From Myxococcota bacterium (lineage in GTDB: Bacteria > Myxococcota_A > UBA9160 > UBA4427), in the NCBI GenBank assembly GCA_965250285.1, contig OZ252299.1, positions 1,408,001 to 1,472,000 on the forward strand: a DNA stretch of 64,000 bases, in the 5' to 3' direction. Of the stretch, positions 9,744-17,609 are shown piece by piece. The notes beneath the pieces are model-generated. The model searched no databases and was not told the origin of the DNA. It saw only the letters and a list, made by a program, of their open reading frames with translations. How positions within the stretch are numbered: the stretch's first letter is position 1; the number at the start of each line of letters is the position of its first letter. The position numbers and the translations under genes were made by a program.

Positions 9744-11333
9744 TCAGTCCCAATGGAGCTGGACAACCTCCGCCGCGCGTCCATCCGTGTCCACCGTCCG
9801 CGGGTCTTCGCTGACCGCCCACGCCCAGCCGTCGAACACCCGGGCGCCTCGCCACTGGCCAAGGTCTTCGATTGATCGGCGCCACTGGCCGCGCAGTCTC
9901 TCTCTCAGCTTCTTCTCGGAGTCGCCCGGCGTCGCTTCCCTCTCCGCCTCGAACGCCTCGCGCATGAACATGTCCTTGAGGGTCGCGACCTCGACGCCGT
10001 TGATCGGTACGTCCGGGTCCCATCCCCACTCGCGCACCTGGGCGATGAACCCGCTATCGGCAAGCGCGGTGGTGGGGACGTAGGTGACGCCGTCCCGGGC
10101 CTGGATTCGCTCCATCAAGTCGAGGAGCCTCTTCGCCCCCTTCGGCACCTTCGGTCGCTTCTTCTGGGAATGCTTGCGGGCTTCGGCGGCCTCGCTCTCG
10201 TCGAGGTATCGGACGATCGGCGCTTTGTTCTCCTTTCCGCTCGGCGCGATCCCCACGACCGCCAGCTTGGCTCGGTAGGCCCACCCGACACCATCAGGCC
10301 CGTCCTTCACCTTGTGGGCGGTGACGGTGAATAGGCGCTCTTCGAGCTCCTCCGCGTCGTCCCTCTCAACCTCGAACAGCCAGTCGAAGTCACATTCGAT
10401 CGTGCTCGAGCCCCGGTAAGTCTGGCCATCCTTCTTCGGGTGATGGACGCACGCAGCGGCCGGCGTGAAGCCGTCTGAGTTGCGATCGGCGACGCGCTCC
10501 GCGATGAGCCGGGCATTGGCTTCGACAGCACTGATGACATCGTCGCCGCTGTCTGACTGGCCGGGCGTGCACTTCTTCAGCGTGTCGAACACGAGCGCCC
10601 GAATAGGCATGGACAGATCGGGCACCACCTCCTCGGCGAGATACTCCGCGAAGTCGACCGCCTCGATGTCGTCGGCGAGGTTGACCGGACTAGAGATGCC
10701 CACGATCGCGTCATGGGGAAGACCAGCGTGCGCGTCTCGGATCGCGGCGATGCGCTTCTCGATGGCGCCCTGACCCTCTGCGGCGACGTAGACGGTCACT
10801 CCCTGCTTGGTCTTTCGGCCTCGAAACTCTTTGCCGACACCGACGTGGGCGGCGATATCGAGCATTTGTTGGGTCTTGAGCGAGCCGGTAGGCCCGAACA
10901 GAATTCCGACTGTGCCTTCATGGATCAGGTCTTCGATCACAGCGAGATGCTCCTTGTTTCCGTCCGCGTCACCGCTTAGAAAGTGCTTCCAGCGACGGCG
11001 CCTGGGCGGCGGTTCAGTGTTCGGCGATGAGTTGGCTGGTGTTAGGTCGGACGGTTCGTCAAACGTATCGACCTCGAAGCCGTCTTCCGTTTCGGTCACG
11101 CGATACGCGTCGCTCTCGGCCCGTCGGAGCGCACCCCAGATGTCCTTCGCCGAGCACCCGCCCGACGACGTGGGGTCGCCGAGGTCGTCGAACTCGAATT
11201 CGTGAGGGCAATGGTCCGGGTACTTGCAAGGGCACTCGGTTCGGTCTGTGTGGATCAGGTCGTGCATGTGCACTTCCTGCATCCGTGCTCGGAACGCTTC
11301 GAGCCTTTCTCCGTTCCGGTCAGAGGGCTTCAT
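9744..11333 (-). CDS. RepA-like (AAA_25, RecA-fold) replicative helicase of a mobile element
   Basis: Walker A GPTGSLKT, YVAAEG, Walker B LVFDT, VHHPKK...RGSS motifs. Confidence 0.88.
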   Translation of the reverse strand: MKPSDRNGERLEAFRARMQEVHMHDLIHTDRTECPCKYPDHCPHEFEFDDLGDPTSSGGCSAKDIWGALRRAESDAYRVTETEDGFEVDTFDEPSDLTPANSSPNTEPPPRRRRWKHFLSGDADGNKEHLAVIEDLIHEGTVGILFGPTGSLKTQQMLDIAAHVGVGKEFRGRKTKQGVTVYVAAEGQGAIEKRIAAIRDAHAGLPHDAIVGISSPVNLADDIEAVDFAEYLAEEVVPDLSMPIRALVFDTLKKCTPGQSDSGDDVISAVEANARLIAERVADRNSDGFTPAAACVHHPKKDGQTYRGSSTIECDFDWLFEVERDDAEELEERLFTVTAHKVKDGPDGVGWAYRAKLAVVGIAPSGKENKAPIVRYLDESEAAEARKHSQKKRPKVPKGAKRLLDLMERIQARDGVTYVPTTALADSGFIAQVREWGWDPDVPINGVEVATLKDMFMREAFEAEREATPGDSEKKLRERLRGQWRRSIEDLGQWRGARVFDGWAWAVSEDPRTVDTDGRAAEVVQLHWD

Positions 11334-11719
11334 CGCGCGCCCCCTCTCGCCTTAGCGGCCATCGAGACCGGCCAGAGCGGGCAACCGACGATCTCGCAGC
11401 GCTTCGCCTCCACCAGATCCCATGCGTTGCACTCGACGCATTTCAAGTCGATAGCGGCGCGCAGGGAGCCGTTTGCGGCCTTCTCAGCTCTGGCCCTATG
11501 CCGGGAGCGGGGCGATTGCTTTTGGTTCGCGAACGGGGTGCTGGGAGCCCCTTTCAGCAGCTCAGAAACGACATCCTTGCGTCGCCGCCATTCGGGGTCG
11601 CTGTGCTGGTCGCTCAGAGTCGCTTCATTAGGCTGGGCGGCCTGCCCCGCGGTGTTCGAGGCAGAGGCGCCCGCCGGTTTGCACCGGTCGTGCTCGTTGC
11701 TTACGCTAGTCACTATCAC
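11330..11719 (-). CDS. Small phage-type Zn-binding protein
   Basis: AIDLKCVEC...EAKRCEIVGCPLWP four-Cys motif; stop overlaps the helicase start (ATGA). Confidence 0.65.
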   Translation of the reverse strand: MIVTSVSNEHDRCKPAGASASNTAGQAAQPNEATLSDQHSDPEWRRRKDVVSELLKGAPSTPFANQKQSPRSRHRARAEKAANGSLRAAIDLKCVECNAWDLVEAKRCEIVGCPLWPVSMAAKARGGAR

Positions 11720-11947
11720 ACGTCCTTAGAACGCCCTGTATTCGGTGCGTCTACACCGTCTGCGGGGCGTTCTTGTATCAGGACGACGAATCCCCGCAGA
11801 TAGAGCGTTCATGAGGGAGAGCTACGACATCGTGTCGAGCCCTCCAGTTGAGGGCCCAACACCGTGTCGGGGCCGGTCAGTTGCTGCGCGGACGCAGCTA
11901 TGCACCATCGCCGTGGTGGGCGAGATGTGTTTGCTTTCAGGACTGAG

Positions 11948-11969
11948 CTTGAGTCCCGCTTGAGTCCCG
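11948..11969. repeat. Tandem 11-bp direct repeat CTTGAGTCCCG (candidate integrase arm-type sites)
   Basis: Two exact copies ~70 bp inside the att fragment. Confidence 0.55.
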
Positions 11970-12040
11970 CTCTCAACCGGCGGTGGCGGACTGTCGCAAG
12001 TCGCTGGAATTGCTAGTGTGCCGCGGTTAGTGGGGTCTGG

Positions 12041-12072
12041 TGTCGCTGGTTCAAGTCCAGCATGCTCCACCA
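12041..12072 (+). mobile_element. att site: 3' fragment of a tRNA (probably tRNA-Ala)
   Basis: TGTC-GCTGG-TTCAAGT-CCAGC-ATGCTCC-A-CCA gives a T-arm, acceptor 3' strand and CCA; no D/anticodon arm upstream; U70/A73 fits Ala identity. Confidence 0.8.
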
Positions 12073-12124
12073 CGCCTTCCACGCTGCGGGTCGAGGTCGC
12101 CCTCGCGAACCCCCGCAGCCCCGT

Positions 12125-12201
12125 GGCCCGGTAGCTCAGCTGGATAGAGCACCAGCCTCCGAAGCTGGGGGTCGCGCGTTCGAATCGCGCCCGGGTCACC
12201 A
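12125..12201 (+). tRNA. tRNA-Arg(CCG)
   Basis: Full cloverleaf: GGCCCGG/CCGGGTC acceptor, GCTC/GAGC D-arm, CCAGC-CT-CCG-AA-GCTGG anticodon arm, GCGCG-TTCGAAT-CGCGC T-arm, encoded CCA. Confidence 0.97.
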
Positions 12202-12257
12202 CCCCATCACTCGAGCGGCTCACGGGAGGTCGATCTCGCGCCAGCCAGCTGAGGGCA

Positions 12258-12396
12258 CCGAAGCTGGGGGCGAATCGGCGAGCGAAGAGCGAGCCGATTC
12301 GTATGAATTGGCTCGAGGCGCTGCCGCCAGGCGGCGCATCGAGCCGAGAAGGGGAGCGCGTTCGAATCGCGCCCGGGTCACCACCCCATCACTCGA
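12258..12396 (+). repeat. Interrupted duplicate of the tRNA-Arg 3' half (tRNA-linked repeat)
   Basis: 12258-12270 = 12159-12171; 12356-12396 = 12174-12214 (41 bp exact); two hairpins lie between. Confidence 0.85.
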
Positions 12397-12409
12397 ATGG
12401 AGCGAAGTC

Positions 12410-12901
12410 ATGCACGTTTCCACCGCACACGTCGGCGTGCTGTTGCTCGTCGCCTTCTCGATCTCCTGCGCGCAGCCATCGTGGAGCCCGCCGCCCAGCG
12501 AGAACGAGCCACGTCCGCACGTGATGGTGCGGTTCACGGATTCGTCGCTGCACCCGACCGTCGCGCGCGTTCTCGAGGGCGGCAGTGTCTCGTGGGTGAA
12601 CGAGGCGTCGACGTTCGCGGCGACGATCGTGTTCTCCGACGCCGTCGCCGAGGCGTTCACGTGCGACGACCTGCGGCCGAACTGGTCGAAGAGCGGCACC
12701 GGCTATCAGTCGGTGCCGATCACCATGGGCGGGGCGACCGACGATCTCGAGCTCCCCTGTCCGCTCCGGCCGGGCACCTACGATTATGAGATCGGGCTCT
12801 TCTCCGGGCCGATGGCGGGCGGTGCCGGCTTCATGGACGACCCGCAGCTCACGATGCCGGGGCAGATCGTCGTCGAGCCGAAGGGGGAGAGCGACGAGTG
12901 A
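12410..12901 (+). CDS. Lipoprotein, possible cupredoxin-like beta-sandwich
   Basis: GGAG RBS; SISC lipobox; 'GGSVSWVN' and 'PGTYDYEI' patterns. Confidence 0.7.
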   Translation: MHVSTAHVGVLLLVAFSISCAQPSWSPPPSENEPRPHVMVRFTDSSLHPTVARVLEGGSVSWVNEASTFAATIVFSDAVAEAFTCDDLRPNWSKSGTGYQSVPITMGGATDDLELPCPLRPGTYDYEIGLFSGPMAGGAGFMDDPQLTMPGQIVVEPKGESDE

Positions 12902-13058
12902 GCACGGCCTCGTTGCTCGAGCCGCCTCGTGCTGCGAGCGCGCACGCTCGTTTGCCTGAGCAAGAGAGATGCGCGGCCCGATCCCCTCGGTTCGCTTTCG
13001 CTGGATCGGCGCGCCCTGCGGCGTGTACGATCGCGCGAAACAGGGGGAGACCTTCTCG

Positions 13059-13898
13059 ATGAGCGCATCTGCTGGAACCTGGGACGCCGTGGCGCCCGCC
13101 GACGAGACCTCGACCACCGACGGCCCCGTCGAGCGCACGCTGACGCCCAGCGCGCGCACGTTCTTCGTCGCGTGGACGGCCGCCTGGTGGGGCGGTGTCG
13201 GCGTCTGCGCCGTGCTCTTCTTCACCGGCGTGCTCGACTACCTGGTGAGCACGAAGCTCTCGCTCTACGGCATCAGCATCTGGCTGAACGGCTGGATGAT
13301 TCCCTGGTTCATGCGCCGCAACGAGGGTGGCTCGAAGCTGCAGCTCTATCACGACTGCCTCGTCATCTGGATGCTGTCGTACATGCTCACGAACGTGCTG
13401 TGGGAGATTCCCTGGGTCGTCTTCTCGCCGATCCTGTTCGTCGACATGCACAGCATCGATCAGGTGCTCGCGCAGACCGGCTACATGCGCGAGAGCATCC
13501 TGCACATGTACTACTGGGTGATTTCGTCGTTCAGCTCGGTCGACCTCCGCACGATCAACCGCGACCCGACCTTCTACAGCGTCGAGATCTTCTCGTTCGT
13601 GAACGTGGCCTCGGTGCTCTACTTCCTGCACCTGAACAAGAAGCGCTCGCCGTACCGCTACGTGGTCGCCGTGCTCGGCTGCGGAGAGCCCGTCGCCGCG
13701 ACCTTCATCTTCTCGTTCGCCGAGGTCTTTGGCGGCTTCGAGAACATGACCGGCGGCTTCGCCGACACGCTGCTCGCACTCGTCTGGACGCAGTACCAGT
13801 ACTTCTTCTTTCCGCTCGTCTTCGGTGCGTTTGGCATCGTGCTGCTGCGCGACGACTGGCGACGCAGCCGGCTCGGCGAGGACGAGCCCGTCCGCTGA
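13059..13898 (+). CDS. EBP/EXPERA-family (emopamil-binding, sterol isomerase-like) membrane protein
   Basis: Multi-TM; WE.PW and W...SSVDLR....DPTFYSVE resemble the EXPERA D-x-R...E pattern; GGGGAGA RBS. Confidence 0.65.
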   Translation: MSASAGTWDAVAPADETSTTDGPVERTLTPSARTFFVAWTAAWWGGVGVCAVLFFTGVLDYLVSTKLSLYGISIWLNGWMIPWFMRRNEGGSKLQLYHDCLVIWMLSYMLTNVLWEIPWVVFSPILFVDMHSIDQVLAQTGYMRESILHMYYWVISSFSSVDLRTINRDPTFYSVEIFSFVNVASVLYFLHLNKKRSPYRYVVAVLGCGEPVAATFIFSFAEVFGGFENMTGGFADTLLALVWTQYQYFFFPLVFGAFGIVLLRDDWRRSRLGEDEPVR

Positions 13899-14053
13899 CC
13901 GGTTCGCTGCGTCGCGAGGCGTCACGGGGCCTCGGTGATCGGCGAGGCGTGTGCAGAACGGGCGCGCGAGCCGCGCGGGGCCGCTGTATCATTCGGGGCC
14001 CACTCGACGCCGGCGGCCGATCGCCGTCCCGCACAGGAGCCCCGCGACCCTCC

Positions 14054-14224
14054 ATGCCCCAGCTCGAACTCGATGCGAACGAAGCGAGCCTGTTGAAGGA
14101 GACCCTCGACAGCACCGTCTCCGAACTCGGCTACGAGATCGCCGACACGGATTCGAAGGACTATCGGGACAAGCTCAAGGCGAAGCAGGCTCAGCTGAAG
14201 GCCATCGCAGAGAAACTCGGTTAG
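14054..14224 (+). CDS. Small helical hypothetical protein (56 aa)
   Basis: MPQLELDANEASLLKETL...EIADTDSKDYRDKLK; host-like codon usage; AGGAG upstream. Confidence 0.75.
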   Translation: MPQLELDANEASLLKETLDSTVSELGYEIADTDSKDYRDKLKAKQAQLKAIAEKLG

Positions 14225-14237
14225 GCGCGCTCGACCG

Positions 14238-15200
14238 ATGGTTGCGACCGCCAGCCAGCCGGTACTGATCGAGGGCCTGATCGATGATCTGGCCCGCGTC
14301 GAGGCGCTCTACGCGGCCTGTGCGCCGTACACGCCGCTCGGCGGCTGGTTCCGGCCCGATCAGGACGGCGCCGAGGCCCGCAGCCCGATGTGGTTCCAGG
14401 GGGACTGGCTGCATGCCGACTTCGCCGCCCCGGGCGTCGAGCTCTTCTCGCAGAACCCGCGCTACTTCGAGTCGGCCCGCGCGTTCAGCGGCTGCGAAGT
14501 CATCGAGCCCCATACGGTGTACGTGAACCTGATGGCGGCCATGGCCGAGAGCGGCCCGGCGCACACCGACAATCCGATCTTCAGCGGCCGAGATCGAACG
14601 AACACGCCCATGATGCTGCTCCGCACCATGCTCTGGTCGGGGCTCTTCCGGCGCTGGGAAATCCCCCAGGTCACCGCCATCTGGTGGATGAACGACGTGG
14701 AGGAGGGCGGGTTCTCGTATTGGCCCGATGGCGCCGATTGCCCCGCGCATCGGCACCACGGCGCGATGGCGAACACGGCGCTCGTCGGCGACAACCATCA
14801 CATGTTTCATCAGGTCGAGCCGGTGGGGCCCTTCGACGCGGGCACGCGGCTCGTGCCGGCCTCGGCCGAGCTCGCGCCGACCGAGGACGGCAGCGGCGAC
14901 TGGGCCGTGACCCACGCGGGCGAAGAGGTGTACCGGGCGCCGTTCTCGACGTACCGCGCCAGCGTGCTCTGGAAGGCCAACGTCTATGCGGACGAGGCCG
15001 AGCGGCAACGACTGGCGGGCGATCCGCTCACCCTCGAAGAGGTCGCGCGCCAGTTCGATGCCGATCTGGCGCGTCGCGGCGAGCGCGGGCGCTTCGACCT
15101 CGACCGGCTCGAAGAGCCGGGGTTCGCGACCGAGCTGGCTCAGATCTACCCCGAAGCCGCCCCGCTCGGCGCCGGTCGGAGCATCTTCGACGCAGCCTAG
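14238..15200 (+). CDS. Putative 2OG-Fe(II) oxygenase-like protein
   Basis: HTD and distal MFHQV motifs; EGGF.YWP. Confidence 0.6.
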   Translation: MVATASQPVLIEGLIDDLARVEALYAACAPYTPLGGWFRPDQDGAEARSPMWFQGDWLHADFAAPGVELFSQNPRYFESARAFSGCEVIEPHTVYVNLMAAMAESGPAHTDNPIFSGRDRTNTPMMLLRTMLWSGLFRRWEIPQVTAIWWMNDVEEGGFSYWPDGADCPAHRHHGAMANTALVGDNHHMFHQVEPVGPFDAGTRLVPASAELAPTEDGSGDWAVTHAGEEVYRAPFSTYRASVLWKANVYADEAERQRLAGDPLTLEEVARQFDADLARRGERGRFDLDRLEEPGFATELAQIYPEAAPLGAGRSIFDAA

Positions 15201-15323
15201 ACGACGCAAAGCCCGATCGAAACCCGCGGGGCAGCCGGGCAGGCCGTCGACGTGGCTTTTTCCACACCCCTGCCCGACACATGCGCGATGCCAGGGCCAC
15301 TCACTGGCCGGGAGAATTCAGAC

Positions 15324-16259
15324 ATGATCCGCCACACCACTGCTTACACACACGCCCGCATCGAGCCGCGAGTTGCCGCTCGCTCGCTGCTGCAGCGGGC
15401 GCTCCTCGCGCTGGCCTGCCTGTTCGTCGTCGCGGGCGTCGCCTGCAAGAACGATGGCAGCAGCGACCCCGACGTGCCGCTGGTCGAGGGCACGTACGCG
15501 AACGCCGCACCTTCGATGGCGTCGGCCGGTTCCGCTTCGGCTCCCGACTGCCCGATCGACTTCGACGCATTCGCGATCGTCGAGAGCGGTGTGAACGTGA
15601 TGCTGCTGCCGGGTCTCGGCGGCGGCTCGGGCAACCCGATTCCGGGCACCCTGACCGAAGAAGACCAGCTCATCATCGACTACGAGGCCACGGACGTCGG
15701 CACCGGCACCGTTTCGACGATCGTGGGTACGCTCGACGCGTCGAGCGACGACCAGCTCGTCGGCAGCATCACCGCCGAGATCACCCCGATCAGCGACCCG
15801 ACGCTCCTCGACTGTGGTCCGACCGTCTTCGCCATCAACGCCAGCCGCAGCACGACCGGGCTCCCCAGCGCGAGCACGCTCGTGGGGCAGGCCGACGGCC
15901 TCTGGCTCGTCTCCGTCGACGAGTTCGATACGACCTGCAGCTCGATGGAGCCCCCGTTCTCGTTCGAGCTGGCGGTCGTGACCGACGTCGACAACGACTC
16001 GGCGGTGCTCACCTACGACGAGGAGGGCGAGATCTTCAACGTCGACGCGATCCTGACTGACGACTTCATCGTCACCGAGTTCAACGTCGACAACTCGCTC
16101 GAAGACGTTCGCAACCTGACCGCTGTCCGGTACGAGTTCTTCAGCGCCGGTTCGCTGGAGTTACTCCTCGGCGCCAACACGTCGGCGATCGAGGACGACG
16201 AGGGCAGCTGCACGGCCTGGGAGTCGATCCTGGGCATTCGTCCTCCGCCCACGCTCTGA
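15324..16259 (+). CDS. Acidic hypothetical lipoprotein
   Basis: VAGVAC lipobox; D/E/T-rich beta-type sequence; start uncertain. Confidence 0.7.
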   Translation: MIRHTTAYTHARIEPRVAARSLLQRALLALACLFVVAGVACKNDGSSDPDVPLVEGTYANAAPSMASAGSASAPDCPIDFDAFAIVESGVNVMLLPGLGGGSGNPIPGTLTEEDQLIIDYEATDVGTGTVSTIVGTLDASSDDQLVGSITAEITPISDPTLLDCGPTVFAINASRSTTGLPSASTLVGQADGLWLVSVDEFDTTCSSMEPPFSFELAVVTDVDNDSAVLTYDEEGEIFNVDAILTDDFIVTEFNVDNSLEDVRNLTAVRYEFFSAGSLELLLGANTSAIEDDEGSCTAWESILGIRPPPTL

Positions 16260-16671
16260 GGCTCTGCCCGACGCCGCGCCGGCGAAGCCGCGCGGCGTCG
16301 GGGCTCCCCGGCGCGGGCGCCAGCCTCGCCGCATCGGGGTCCGGTCTCTCCGGAGCGGGCTCCGGGACAGCTCATCGGCTCGAAGGCCGTGTCGGCGTCC
16401 AGATTCGAGCCCGCGCGCCCGGCCGTCTGCGCCGGGCGTCGCCGCTCTGTGTCTTCATTCGCTCGAGGGGGCCGCGTCCCCCGAGGCGCCGCGGGCTTCG
16501 CCCGTAGATCTGGACACAAAAAAAGCGGTCCCCGCGAAAAAAATTGAATTTCTTCGACACAGAGGAGCGTCCCGCACCACATCTCCCCAGACACCGGTGC
16601 GCGCGCCCCACGCGTGCGCCTGCCCAGCGAGGAGTCTGCTCAGGCTTCCTCGAGGGGACTACTGAGGGACG

Positions 16672-17430
16672 ATGGACATGCTGAGCTGCAACCTCGAAAC
16701 CAACACCCGTGGAGCGTCGCCCCGCAAGGCGCTTCGAGTCATCCTGGCCACCGCGATCGCGATGATCGGCGCGACCACGGCCCAGGCGGCCACGATCTTC
16801 ACGGGCGATCAGACGACCGTGCTGGTCACCTCCTTCTTCGCCCTGACCGATGCGGGCTTCACCGTCGCGCCGCTCGGCTCTGCGGTGGTCGGCGACGACG
16901 TGGCGAAAGACGTCATCCTCGACGTGCCGCGCGTGCTGGCGGCCTTCCCGATCACGGGTGGCGGGATCAACACGATGACCGGCGACGTGATCGTCGAGCA
17001 CGACGGCAGCGGCCTCGAGCTCTCGACGGACACGCCGGCGAGCGTGGCGCTCGAGAACTTCGAGATCCTCCTCGACGCCACCGCAAGCGGCAACGTGCTG
17101 GGCACGCTGTTCGGCGACGTGACCATCAACGGCGGTGATCCGATCGTCGGCGCTGACATCTTCACGCTCACGGGCTGCGGCCTGGGCCTCGAGCCGGCGT
17201 GCATCGACAGCGACGCGAGCACGATCCTGAACGGCGTTCGCCTCGGTCTCACGTCGACCGCGGCGGGCGTTCTGAACGACACCTTCGACGTCGACGTGTT
17301 CGCCGAGGGCGATCAGGTCGGCATCGCGCGCGTCGACGTTCGCGTCGTGCCCGAGCCGGGCACGCTGCTCCTGACGTCGCTCGGTCTCGTTGGCCTGGCG
17401 TACGCCGGTCGCAGCCGCCGCGAGGCCTGA
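16672..17430 (+). CDS. PEP-CTERM sorting-domain protein
   Basis: Signal peptide (AQA) and C-terminal VPEPGTLLLTSLGLVGLAYAGRSRR. Confidence 0.92.
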   Translation: MDMLSCNLETNTRGASPRKALRVILATAIAMIGATTAQAATIFTGDQTTVLVTSFFALTDAGFTVAPLGSAVVGDDVAKDVILDVPRVLAAFPITGGGINTMTGDVIVEHDGSGLELSTDTPASVALENFEILLDATASGNVLGTLFGDVTINGGDPIVGADIFTLTGCGLGLEPACIDSDASTILNGVRLGLTSTAAGVLNDTFDVDVFAEGDQVGIARVDVRVVPEPGTLLLTSLGLVGLAYAGRSRREA

Positions 17431-17495
17431 TCCAGGTCGAGCGTCTGCTCCGTCCCCACCCGCGGCACGGGGGCGAATGCGCAGAGCAAGAATGA

Positions 17496-17538
17496 AATGG
17501 GGCGTCACGGTTCAGGCCGTGGCGCCCCGTTTGCTTTT
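17496..17538 (+). terminator. Rho-independent terminator
   Basis: aatggggcgtcacgg/ccgtggcgccccgtt hairpin followed by tgctttt. Confidence 0.7.
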
Positions 17539-17609
17539 GGGGCCCGGTGGCGTGGGACCGGCGGGCTGGCAGGGCGAGAGGCGTGCGCGCCATGCGGGCC
17601 GGCCGCCGG

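Larger units (their letters stand above)
1..12072. mobile_element. Right end of a tRNA-integrated genomic island / satellite-like element (left end outside window)
   Basis: Visibly more A/T and different codon usage than DNA after ~12.1 kb; encodes a serine recombinase and RepA-like helicase; ends exactly at a 3' tRNA fragment. Confidence 0.8.

Noticed and set aside
12000..12072. Complete tRNA gene upstream of tRNA-Arg
   Set aside because: No 5' acceptor strand, D-arm or anticodon arm; only the 3' 32 nt is tRNA-like
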